Below are positions 43,841 to 63,220 of a stretch of 64,000 nt of DNA, piece after piece. The DNA comes from Camelus dromedarius (lineage: Eukaryota). A model generated the notes under the pieces. That model was not told where the DNA came from. It did not search any database and worked only from the letters and a program-made list of their open reading frames with translations. The DNA lies in the NCBI RefSeq assembly GCF_036321535.1, contig NC_087444.1:68572001-68636000 (forward strand). The letters are read 5' to 3'. How positions within the stretch are numbered: position 1 is the stretch's first letter; the number at the start of each line of letters is the position of its first letter. The position numbers were made by a program, and so were the translations under genes.

Positions 43841-46800
43841 GTCCATCCCAGACGCCACACTCCTGTGTCCGGAGAGTCTCCAGACGGGGGCATCGGGGTG
43901 AAGTGTGCGACTCTGGGCTCCTCGTCCCACGCTGGCTGATCAGCTGCTGAGCACAGAGTGGGTGCTCTGGTGGATCAGGGTTGGTTTTTAACCCTGTCCT
44001 GGGAATCTGAAAACCTGGGTAGGGCTCTGCCCCGGCCATGTGTTCCCATGTCCCATGTGATCTGCAAAAACACATCTCCCTCTTTGGCCCCAGGTTCCCC
44101 ATCTGTAGAAAAGAGGAGAGAGGACGGCACTTTGGGGTTTAAAGACGTAGCTGCCAGGCTGCTGAGCAAATATGTGAGGTGTGGGCTCCAGTGGAGCAGG
44201 GGTCACCCCATCTCAGCTTTGCCAGCTGTGGCTCCCTGGGAAGGTGGGCATACTTTTCAGCAGAAGACAGAAATGGAGATTTTTGTATTAAATCTGCCAG
44301 TTTTAAAATGTTGGCTCCTAAGTCAAGCAGACAGACCGTAGCAGCGCTCTGCAGTGGAGCTTTCCACGATGTTTACTCCATGTTCTATATCTGGGCTAAT
44401 ACAGCAGCCAGTGGCCACCTGGGGCCATGGAGTACTTGAAATGTGGTGAGGGTAACTGAGGGATGGACTTTTTAATTTTGTTTTATCTTTAACAAATATC
44501 TAAATAACTGCATGTGACTCTTGGCTCTTGCATTGGACAGCAACAGTTGGGTATTAAGAGTGTGAGTTCAGACTATTGAAGTTCAGATCCAAGCGCTACC
44601 ACTTCCTGGCCTGTGTGATCAAAAGCAAGTAGGCAAGTTCCTTCAGCCTTCAGTGCCTCAGTTTCCACATCTATAAAATAATAGTACCTACCTCGTAGGC
44701 TAGGCTTGAGGGCTGAGTGAGGCATCCTGTGTAGGCACTCACGTGGTAGTGCTGTGAATCTTGGGCAAGGCACCTTTCTGCCTCAGTTTCATCATCTCTA
44801 AAGTGGGCATTTCTGTCTTAGGAGTGTGGTTGTGACAAGTAAATGGAACAATTCAGATTCAGGCTGTTTGTATATTCAGTGGGGCTGGTTACCAGGCCAT
44901 ACTGTTTCTTCACAGACTGAAATACCCTGTACCATTTGGGCTGCATCTCCTCCCACTGTCCCAGCCTCTCCTGCTCCAGCCAGCGTTTAGTGCTAGTACC
45001 AGGTATATGTTTTAAACGACCTTTCCCTGGTATTTGTTATAATAAAATAATTAAAATGTATTTGAAACTGGGCCAGATTGAACCTCTAAACTAGATATTT
45101 TTAAAGGCTCACAGATGTCTACAAAGAAGAATTAAAATTTGGTACAGAAGTATACCATCTCTAATCCAAGAGAGAGTATCCCCATATTCTCTGGACTCCC
45201 TAGTTTGAGGACTGTCCACACATGGAGCATGGAAGGAGGATGTACGTTTGTCCATTTTCCCTGGACCCTGGGGGTTAAGGCTAGCACTCTGGCTGGCACA
45301 TGCTTCAGTGCCCAGTGAGTTCCCCCAGGCCTCTCCCCAACCTTGATGCTGGTTCAGGGATGGTGCTGTCAGGTCATGGCTGCTCAAAGCTGGAGGGCAA
45401 GAGGGGAAGAGAGAGTTTGATGTGCACAGGTGGCCTCTGAGACACTCTGCTTAGGCAACATGGCCTAGGATATTAGTATCAAATGCTGGGTGCTAGGGCT
45501 GCATCAGGGCATCATCCAGTGGGCAGGGCTGGGCAAGCGTTAAGGCATATCCCAGCAGAGGCTGAATTCTCAGATTGCCCTGTGACGTCTCAAGCATGTC
45601 AGTTTGCTCACTCATAGGAGATTAATAATAGTAATCTCATTCATTTGCCTACTCAACACATTTCCTAAGCACTGACTGCCAGGCCTCATTTTAGGCATGA
45701 GGGTGCCTCAGTCAGAAAATTCAGTAAAAAGCTCTGCCTTTGTGGGGCTGATGTTCTCATGGAGGAGACAGAAAATGATCCTATTTCTTGGGGTAAAATA
45801 AATGTGTAAAGTATGGTGAGGAGATGGAATGATTTGGGGTCCTGGGGTACTGTTTTAGATTGAATGAAACAGTCCGAGAAGGCCTCTTGGGAGGGTGTAT
45901 TTGAGCAGAGACCAGAATGAAATGAGGCAAGCTATGGGAATATCTGGGTGTGCCAGGCATGGTCACCTCAGGGCCTTTGCACTTGCTATCCCCTCTGCCA
46001 GGAATTCCCCCCCACCCCCAGGATCCATATGGCTCCCTCCCTCCACTCCTTTAGGTCTTTGCTCAAATGTTACCTCAGCATGGCTTTCTGTGGGCTCTAA
46101 GTTTGGCACATAAGGCGGGGAAAAGCCCTAAATAGCCAAAGATGCTTGGAAATCCATTAAAGTACACTTCACATACAGACATGAGAGAACTCAAATGAAA
46201 CACTGTCATGCCTGGCACAAACCTCAAGAAGACTGGCTATTTTTACAATCTTCAAAATTTTTGAAATATTTAAAATCTGGAATCTGTTACCTCCCCAGTT
46301 ACTATCCAGGGCAGGAATTTGTCTTCTCCCACAGCTTCTTATGGCTGTCCAAATTCCATTTGAATATCTCCTGTGATGAGAGGCTCACTCTGCCACCTAC
46401 CCTGGTACAGGGCCTAATTTGCCTCCTGGTAACTGTGGTCCATGAGGTCTGGCTCTATGCTTTGGGGCCACAGAACCTGTTTGAGTAGGGAGATGTGGAG
46501 GGAGGGCCTTAAGTGTCAACCTTAGAATCTTGGAGACCTTCTGAAGGCACTGGGAAGCCATGGAAGAGTCTATGTGCGAGAGGGGCAGGGTCAGATTTGT
46601 GCTTAGAAAGGCCTCATAGGCCTGGGTGGTCTGGGCTGGGATAGAGGAGTCACAGGGGGCAGTGGGGACTCAGAGAAGGTACCTGACACCCTTGGGGAGT
46701 GTTAGGAAAGGCCTTCTACAGAAGGTCAAATCTGAATGGTGAAAAGAGAATAAGAATATATCCAGGAGAGGGGAAACCAGTGCAAAGGCACCTGGGATGT

Positions 46801-47323
46801 TCTGCACAATTAACGGCAGCCCTCCCCTGCTCAAAACCCTCCCATGACTCCCGTCTTCAAGATTAAGAGAAGAAAACTGTTTAGATTGAGTTATTTCATT
46901 CATTAAAAAATTATTGAGCACTTACTGTATACCTAGCTCTGCTGGGCTGTGCTTTATTGATGACCTCCAAAAGAAAAATAAGTACTTACATAATTGAACC
47001 TGTGTTTTCCTCCATAGTTATTAGCCTTAAGTATTATTATTATTTTTTTAATTCTGGGGGGAAAAAAGTTTACTCTGTCTAAAAGGCTTTGCTCAGCACC
47101 TGGCACAGAGTAAATGATTGTGACCAGAGAGCTGGAACATCTGCTCCTAACTGGCTTTCCTTGCTGTGGTCCTGGAATACTAAGGGGCTTCTGGAGGGTG
47201 TGTGTTGGGGGGGGTTCCCCCTCCCCCATTCATCCTGGAGTGAGGGAGTGGGCCCCTGATATGTGAGGACAGAATTTCCTGCCCATTTGCTGCTCACACC
47301 TTCCGGAGGCCAAACGGGCAGCC

Positions 47324-47387
47324 CAGCTGCGGCCCACAGGGGGAGGGGCGCAGCCGCCCGGCAGATGGCGGCATTTACATACAGCTG
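47324..47387 (+). promoter_or_regulatory. DLL3 upstream proneural enhancer: E-box cluster with ASCL1/BRN composite motif
   Basis: CAGCTG at 47324-47329, CAGATG at 47362-47367, and ATTTACATACAGCTG at 47373-47387 (octamer-like half plus E-box). Confidence 0.75.
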
Positions 47388-47493
47388 GGAGCCCCCTCTG
47401 AGGCGGGGGCTTCTCGTCCTGGCGTCTGGTGCATCCTTGATGTGGGGTTTGGGAGGGTGGCTTTGTTTTGGGGTGGGGAACACACTTGAGCAG

Positions 47494-47495
47494 GC

Positions 47496-47544
<49 letters not shown>
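47494..47544. repeat. (GC)n-(CA)17 alternating purine-pyrimidine tract
   Basis: gcgcgtgcgcgcgcgc followed by CA x17 (47509-47542). Confidence 0.95.
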
Positions 47545-47545
<1 letters not shown>

Positions 47546-48254
47546 GTCCACAAAGAACACTGAATCTTCGTCTTATCTACATGGGGCTACATTCTTGGAC
47601 CTCCCACACCCAGTTTCCTTCACAAACATACCCTCAGTCACAACCTTGCACAGACCTTACCACACACACAGCCACCTAGAGGCACCTGCACAGAGCACAA
47701 AGTCACAAGTTCATACGACTACACACAGTGGCCCAGGAGCTCACATACAGTCATATACTTGCACAGCGAAGCATCCACACAGCCACACAATCTCAAAAAG
47801 TCACACAACCATGAAATCATGTACCCCTCCATTCTCCCATGCAGGTGCATGCTTACACACAGACACACACACACAGAATCTTAGAATTATTTACAACCTC
47901 ACAAAGAGGCTTAACCATACACAATTTCAGGCACACGTGGTGCCACACAATCTCACCTAGACACAAAATCAGTCATGTACACTCTCCAGTAGCTCTTTCT
48001 CACACCACACACACACACACACACACTCACAGAATTTTAAAACCATATCCAACCTCACATACAAGCTTAACCCCCAACCGCAAACTCCACCCTGTCCTCA
48101 GTCACACACAAAGTCACGCCCAGGCCCACAGACAAGATCATACACTCACTACATTGCCCTTGGCCACGACACGATTTCCCATTGCTCCAGCAGGCTCCCC
48201 TTCCCCTGCGACCTCCTCCCCTAGGGTCTCCTGGAACCGGGCCGCTGCCCGAAG

Positions 48255-48299
48255 GGGCGGAGCTGTCCTCTTAGATATAAGGCTCTGAGCCAGCAGCTG
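48255..48299 (+). promoter_or_regulatory. DLL3 core promoter (GC box, TATA, E-box)
   Basis: GGGGCGGAG near 48254, TATAAG at 48276-48281, CAGCTG at 48294-48299, ATG at 48325. Confidence 0.7.
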
Positions 48300-48324
48300 C
48301 GGCTCCCAAGACCTCCGAAAGGCC

Positions 48325-56026
<7,702 letters not shown>

Positions 56027-57401
56027 CCTGCCCCTTCTCTATCAGCACCTGGAGACAGAACCTGGATACTTTTGTATTCTCTGCTTCAGACACTTTGGAG
56101 TTCAAGCTGGAAGGGGTGACTGGGAGGATTTTACCATTGGAAGTTGTACATAATGGTTATTTATATCTTATCTTTTTCCTCTCACCATCTCTCCAGAGAC
56201 ATCTATAAAGGCTCTTATTTTGATCAACTTGGACTCATCAAGTTGAGTACTTTCTATGTGGTGTTGGTACTGAGGGGAGCAATTTGGTTTCCTGAGACAG
56301 GACTCTGATGCAGGGGTCAGAAACAATTCAAAGTGGTTTAAATAAACAAGAGAATTTATTAGTTCATAAAAATGAAAATCCTGTGGTAGGTGTAGCTTCC
56401 ACAGGGCTAGATTCAAGGGCTCAGTGTTGTTCTCCAGTTGTCTCTGGGTGACTTCGTATGTAGATGGACTTTCACTGGCGCTGGCTTGCTACATGACAAC
56501 TTGAACTAGTAGCCAGGCAGTATGGCTTATTTTGATTGGCGAGGCTTTGTCATTTGTCTAGTGTGTGGCAGGACTTAAGGTCAGCTTGTCTAAGTCACAT
56601 GGAATAATGAGCAAGGGAGTGTCCTTCCCTCTACCAAAAAACAGGTTTGTTACTAGACAGAAGTACTGGACTTAGTAGGCAAACAAACAGAACCAGTGAG
56701 AGTAGAAAGAACCTATTTCCAGGGGAATCTGAGGTGCAGAGAGTGGAGTAATTGCAGCAACTCCTTCGTAATGAGATGGAACAAATCTTAGTAAGATCTT
56801 GCAGAGAGGGGGTATTTTCTTAAATTTTGAGACTATTCTAAGACAGTTAATCACGCAGCTAATACTACTTCTATCACAGAAAATATAAAAAGCCTCCATC
56901 AGCCAATTTCCACCAGTCCTCTTTCCCCATATTTTCTAGCGGGGAGAAGGCTGGGACAGTGCCCACACATTTTTGGAAATGAGCAAAATCCTAGAAACTG
57001 AAGAAGAGAGAACAGAGAAAAAAGTAACAAATGGAATGTAGCAGCAAGTGATCAAATGAAGGGGTTCTTTGATTAGAACAGTAGCCAAGGGATCCACATA
57101 TTCTTTTAATTCAGTCAGCAGATACCATATATACCTATGTGTACAAATAAATAGCTATGTGTACAAAGTCTCCTTTCAGGTTTCACTATGTTGAATTTCT
57201 ATGTCATGAAGATTAAATATAGCATTAAAGAAAATGGGCATTAAAACAAAAGTAATATTTAAATTGAGGTTAAAGGCAGACATCAAAACCAGCCCATTAT
57301 TCCTTCTAAGACAACTTGATCTTCAGAGGCCAGTCTTTGCTGCCTTGAACAGAGTATGCAACCTGCCGAAAGAGCAGAGCTCAATTTAAAAGCAAAGATG
57401 G

Positions 57402-57495
57402 GGGGCTGGGGGCTAGCTCAGTGGTAGAGTGCATGCTTAGCATGCATGAGGTCCTGGATTCAATCCCCATCCCTCCACTTAAAAAAAAAAAAAAG
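57402..57495 (+). mobile_element. Vic-1-type SINE, short form (tRNA-like head plus poly(A))
   Basis: CTAGCTCAGTGGTAGAGTGCATGCTTAGCATGCATGAGGTCCTGGATTCAATCCCC followed by an A-tail; AAGATGGG on both flanks. Confidence 0.8.
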
Positions 57496-59597
57496 GAAGA
57501 TGGGAAGTTGTGTTATGCTCATGCTGGTTTTTTTTGATCAATGGCTGCTGAAGGCAGGCAGTTGCATCCCATGGATTCCCCCTTTGATGTACTTCCTGGT
57601 GTCAGTGATGTGTCACCTGTGGCAGAGTGTTGGCACCATCACCGTACACATCCATGAGTCATTCCAGGAATAGTACCGACTGGATGATCAGAGAGTGATG
57701 ACTGGAGTTCTCTGATTCACCACTGTAAGGGAAGAGTCCTGCACCCAAGTCAGCAGGCCCTTTAAAGTGCAGGCTGTGATCCATGGCTTTGCCTCACGGG
57801 ATGCTGCAGGCTGAGCCCAAGGTAGCAGCTGCTGGGGCAAGAAAAACCATCTCAGATGGTTAGCACTCACAGGGAAGGAAAGTTATTCTGGTCCATATCC
57901 CTTCCCTTTAAAGGTGAAAGGAAGCAGAGCCCCAGAGGACTAAAGTGGAAGGCATTCCCCAAATGGTCGTTTTTTTTTTTCTCTTTTGGCAGGGCTTTTA
58001 ATCTTTCAGGCCTAGACTTACTGCATTTACCACAATGACAGTAGTGAATAAAGTACCCTAAGTGATCACTCCAAAAAAGCAAAAAAAAAAAAAAAAAAAA
58101 AAAAAAAGACAAAAAATCAAAATGCCTCCAAATGCACAGAAATCAGACAGCCTTGGTTCAGATTTTGGTTCTGCTACTTACTCGGCCAAGTCACATCACC
58201 TCTCTGTGCCTTAATTTCCTTATCTGTAAAATGAGACTAGTAAAAGAACCTGCTTCAGAAGGTTATGAGTATTAGCTAAATTAATAAATACAAAGCATTT
58301 TATAACAGAGTCTGGCATATATTAGATGCTCACTAAATGTTTGTTCTCAATATTATGCTAAAAGAGGAAAGCCTATTTCAAGTTCATTTCACAGAGAAAC
58401 CAACTGAAGCCTAGAGAAGAGTAGAGACTTGCCTAGCATCACACAGGACATTCAGGGTCTTTCTTGATCCTCCTGGTATTTGGGACTCAGGCCCAAGATT
58501 TAGCACAGGAAGGTCTCTCAGGGGTCAGGAAGCACAGTGGGCCATGACCTCTCCTCTGCTCGAAATCTTCCATGAATCCAAATAGGTCTGGATCTGACCT
58601 AATAGCATGGGACCAATGTCAATATCCTGGTTTTGATAATGTACTGTGGTTACATAAGATGTTGTTATTGGGGAAAGCTGGGTGAAAGATACAAAAGAAT
58701 TTTCTATACTCTTCCCCAACTTCTTGCGAGTGTGAAAACTGTTTCAAAATAAAAAGATAAATATTTATTCAGTGCCTACTGTGTGCCAGGCCTTGTTTTA
58801 GGAGCTGGGGATTTAGCAGTGAACCAGACAGGTTCCCACCCTGGAGGAACTCACAGTGTGATAGAGTCCTTGGCAGAGGAGTTCTGTGTCAGGACCCTGA
58901 AGCCTGACAGCTTGTCTGAATCCTGGCTTTACTACAGCTTATCAGCTGTAGGCATATGTGTAGCACTTAGCACTGTATAAATGTAAAATCTGTTACTGTT
59001 GCTCATTATGATTTTTCTGCAGATCTCTCGGTTGTCCCCTCTTCTAAGAAGCCCTCCCTGATTGCCCCAGACTGGTTCTAGCACCTCTTCTGGGATCCCA
59101 CAGGCCCATGTGCTTCCTCACCACATCTCTGACCCCCGTGCCTGTGCTTCCTCCACCCTCACCCTGACCTCACTGGGCTGTCATTGTTTGGCGATTGGTA
59201 TATCTCCCGCACTGGACAGGGAGCCTGATCACTGGATGTGGGCTTGCCTGATCACTGCTCTGGCCCCAGAATCACCCAGCACAGGACTGAGCACATAGCA
59301 GGCACTCAGTAATCAGATATTGAACGCATGAATGTTAAGGACACTGGCAGTCTGTGTGTTCCTTACCCTGGAGGTGAGGATTAAGGGAATGGGAATTATC
59401 AGGCGGGATCTGGCGGTCCCGGCCCCATCCTGGCCCAAAGCAGTAGAACCTGCGCGCTGAATGGAACCCCATGTAACAGCGCTCCATTGTGGTCGCCTCC
59501 CATTTTAGAACCCTGCGCGGTTAAGGCTCTCCCTGCCCGAGGCAGGAGGGCCTGGCGGGATCCCAACCTGGGTATCTGGGGTCCGCCCCTGACCCCC

Positions 59598-62485
59598 ATG
59601 AACAACCAGGAGCGGGCCCCAGGCCCCACCCCGGCCCGGACCTTGCCTTCGGTCCGGGCCTCAGTTCCGGCCCGGGGTTCGACCGTGGTCAGAAACTCCA
59701 TCCCGGTCCGGACTCCGACTCTGGTCCGGACCTTGGCCCCGATCCGGACCCCAACTCCAGTCCGGACTCCAACTCCCGTCCGGACGCCAACTCTGGTCCG
59801 TACCCCGACCCCTGTCCGGACCCCGACTCCGGTTCGGATCCCAACACCGGTCTGGACCGCAACTCCAGTCCGTTCACCGACTCCGGTCAGGATCCCGACT
59901 CCGGCTGGGATCCCAACCCCGACCCCGTCTCGGATCCTGGTCCCTGCCTTGGAACCCCTCCCAAACTCCGGCCTATCTTCGGATCCGCCCCCAGAACCTG
60001 ATCCCCAGCTCACTTTGTCGCCTGATCAGGATCCTGCGCCGACCCTGAGGGTGAAGCCCATCCCATCGTTCACCAATGGCTTCGGTCCCACCCAAGAGCC
60101 CTTTCCTGCCCTTACTCCATTGGCCACCGATTTCCTGGGGTCCACCCTCGAGTCCAGCCCGAGGGCAGACCCATCGGCCACCAAGTTGATAGATTCCACT
60201 TCTGGACATAGCCTGGCGACGCCCATCCTTGGGACCATCCCGTTGGCCGTCACCTTACCGTTTTCTGCCAACACATTCGCCTCCACCAGCGAGAACATCC
60301 AAGTGGACAACAAGATCATGATTCGCGTGGTCTACTGGTCAGGGGCTGTCCCCACCCACAGCGGCTTCCTCCCCCGGGGCAAGGGCTGGAGGGGGTAGGC
60401 GCCACCTGCCGTTCTCTTTGGAACTAGCGATCTCTGGGTTCACTCGTTCACACTCCTGTGAACAGAGCCACCTGCTTTCCTCCCCTGTAGAGCAGAGGGC
60501 CCTGAGGGAGGACAAGGGGTGGGAGAACTTCAGAGGCTGGGTGTTCAGGGACAGTCTTTCTCAGGAGGTGGCGCTTAGGTTGCTACTTCTCAGTGAGGAG
60601 CCACTAAGAAGAGTGGAGAAGGGGGATCAGGTCGCCCCTGTGATGGGGGTGGGGGCGTGGGGGGTGGAGGGAGGGGGGAAAAGGGGAGGGGAACAGCCAG
60701 TGCAAAGGCCGAAGGAAGCTGGCTTTAGTCTGCATTCCTGGTCTCAGAGCTGAATCTTTGTGTCCCCACAACAGTAACAGCAGTGACCTTCCTTTGCTCT
60801 TACTGAGACCCAGGGCTGGATGTGGCCGGGGGAGGGGCATTGTCTTCTCTCTAATCCCTGTGCCTCTCTCCTGCTCTAGAAGGTTCCGGTTTTCTGTCTC
60901 TCCAACTCACAGCCGTTTTCCCTTTCCCTATGTGGTGTGTCTCTTTCCCCATCTCCCCACCCCACCCCCTTTCTCTGCCCATTTCCTCCTTTAAAATTTT
61001 TTTTTAAATTTTTTCCCTTCCAGTTTATTGAGATACAATTGACATACAACACTGTATATTTGAGGGGGATAATTAGGTTTATTTGTTTTAATGGAGGTAC
61101 TGGAGATTGAACCCAGGACCTCATGCATGCTAAGCATGCGCTCTACCACTGAGCTACACCGTCCTCCCCATCTCCTCCTTTCTATCTCTCTGACTCTGTG
61201 GATTCATTCATTGTTTTGTTTCTTCAACAACCATTTATTAAGTAAATCCCTGCTTATTCACTGCTGTGTCTCTGATGCTGGCCTTGTTCTCAGTATCAGA
61301 GACATAGCAGTGAATGAGACAGATCCCTGTGGCATGGACATTCTGGTGTGGAGGGGCAGGGATGGACAATAAACATGACAAATGGCAAATTATTTAGGAT
61401 CTTAGAAGGCAATCAGTGCTATGGATCAAAGGCATCTTGGGAGGGGTGTCACAGTTTTAGCTGGGGTAGTCAGGAAGTTTTCACTGAGGAGGTGATCTAT
61501 GAGCAAAGACTTGAAAGAGGGGAGAGGTGGAGCCTTGTGAATACCAAGGAAAGAGCATTCTGCATAGGGAATGGCCAGTGCAAAGGCCCTGGGGCAAAGC
61601 ATGCCTGGAACATTGGAAGAAGAGCTATGAAGTCCCTATGGCTGGACTAGAGTGGGCCGGGGTAGGGGGAAAGTGCGAGGAGATGGAGCAGAGAGGTGGT
61701 AGGGCCAGATCCTGTGGGGGCTTGTGGACCACAGGGAGGACTTTTTTTGCTGAGTGAGGTGGCGTCTTGGGAGGCTTTTGAGCAGGTGAGGGATGGGATT
61801 TGACTTAGGTGTTCACAGTGTCCCTCTGGTTGGGGAGATACTGAAGCAGTGTCTTCCCTCCATCTCTCTCTGCCTCCCTCCTCTTGCCCTTGACGTCCAG
61901 TGGCCTCTGAAGCTATGGCCTTAGGGTGAGTAGTTTTAACTTTGGAGGTGGGGGAGTGTGAACCATGAGGTCTGGAAGGAATTCCTATTTCCCTTCCCTC
62001 AAGACCTGTGACCCCATGACCCTTTGGTCCTCTGATCCTGTGACCACACGGTCCCATCTCCTCCCCACAGTACATCCTACTGAAAAAGAGCCTGGAGCAG
62101 CAATTTCCAAATTGTCTACTCTTTGTGAGTGCACTGGTGGCCCAGGGGAATGGGTTGGGTATTCAGGGCTGCAAGACCCCCAAAGGGGCTTTGAGGGGAG
62201 CTCTTAGCCTCTGCCAACGCCTAATATTCCCTCCCCAGGAGGAGGACGTATCTGCCCAGGCTACAGGGGAGTTTGAAGTGTTTGTGGACGGGAAACTGGT
62301 CCATTCAAAGAAGGTGATTCTAAACAAGGGTCCTGGACAAGAAGGGAGGGTGGTGTTCCAAGGCGTGGGAGACAGACACATTTGTGCTCTTTCCCCTCCG
62401 TGCCCAGAAAGGTGATGGCTTCGTGGATGAGACCAAGCTGCGGAAAATTGTGAGCCTTATCAATGAGGAGATCAAGAAAAGGTAG
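59598..62485 (+). CDS. SELENOV: Selenoprotein V (Rdx/thioredoxin-like fold, in-frame Sec UGA), 5 coding exons, 323 aa
   Basis: Exons: 59598-60337, 61901-61925, 62071-62124, 62239-62313, 62408-62485, totalling 972 nt. The Pro/Thr-rich repeat N-terminus is followed by IRVVYC-G-L-U-SYGLRY with TGA at 61908-61910, then [23 protein letters not shown] (SELENOW/V family). Confidence 0.96.
59706..59921 (+). repeat. Coding minisatellite, 12 x 18 bp (VRTPTP-type units) in SELENOV exon 1
   Basis: Units such as gtccggactccaactccc and gtccggaccccgactccg recur at an exact 18-nt period from 59706 to 59921. Confidence 0.92.
61059..61169 (-). mobile_element. Vic-1-type SINE in SELENOV intron 1
   Basis: Reverse-strand head GGAGATTGAACCCAGGACC...CTACCACTGAGCTACACC. 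Confidence 0.82.
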
Positions 62486-62924
62486 CAGGCAACTGGTGAG
62501 CTGGAGGTGAGGTCGGAGGGGTGGAGACCGGGCTGTGGGTGGGTGGGTGGATAGGAGGCAGGGCCCTGTGTTGGAGTCAAAGACACTCTAGCCCCAATCC
62601 TAGTGCAGCCAGTCCTCAGTGTTACAGTCAGGACAAGTCATCTACATCCTTTTAGGAACCTTGGCTTCCTCATCTATAAAATGGGGTTATTGAGATGATT
62701 TCATAAGATGCCTCTTATAAGGTAATAAATAGTGCATGGCTCAGAGTCGGGCACAGGGTACAACAGTGGTACATTTTTTCCAAAAGAGCTTTTGTCTTTT
62801 TCTTAGCTTTTAGTTGTGTGTGTGTTTTGTTTTATTTTGTTTTGTTTTTTTTGGTTGTAAAGCTGTAATGGCATGTGACTTTTCAACTTATAATTAAGTC
62901 GATTAAAATTAAGCACATTAAAAA

Positions 62925-63055
62925 NNNNNNNNNNNNNNNNNNNNNNNNNNNNNNNNNNNNNNNNNNNNNNNNNNNNNNNNNNNNNNNNNNNNNNNNNNNN
63001 NNNNNNNNNNNNNNNNNNNNNNNNNNNNNNNNNNNNNNNNNNNNNNNNNNNNNNN
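62925..63055. other. Assembly gap (131 N) downstream of the SELENOV stop codon
   Basis: Run of N. Confidence 0.99.
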
Positions 63056-63107
63056 AGATATTAAAGCATAGACACAATAATTTATTTGCCACTGATACTG
63101 GATTTTT

Positions 63108-63220
63108 TAATATATTTTTAATTTAATTATAATTTTTAATGAAAGTACTGGGGATTGAACCCAGGACCTTGTGCATGCTAAGCATGTGCTCTACGACTTT
63201 GAGGTATATCCTCTCCCCTT
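63108..63220 (-). mobile_element. Vic-1-type SINE
   Basis: Reverse-strand head; TSD ATACTGGATTTTT at 63095-63107 and 63225-63237. Confidence 0.83.

Noticed and set aside
47079-48288. CVCVCV and HTHTHT ORFs upstream of DLL3
   Set aside because: Artefacts of CA repeats.
59399-60013. 204-aa minus ORF with GVGVRT repeats, and CRISPR-like periodicity
   Set aside because: Reverse complement of the SELENOV coding minisatellite; there are no unique spacers and the context is eukaryotic.
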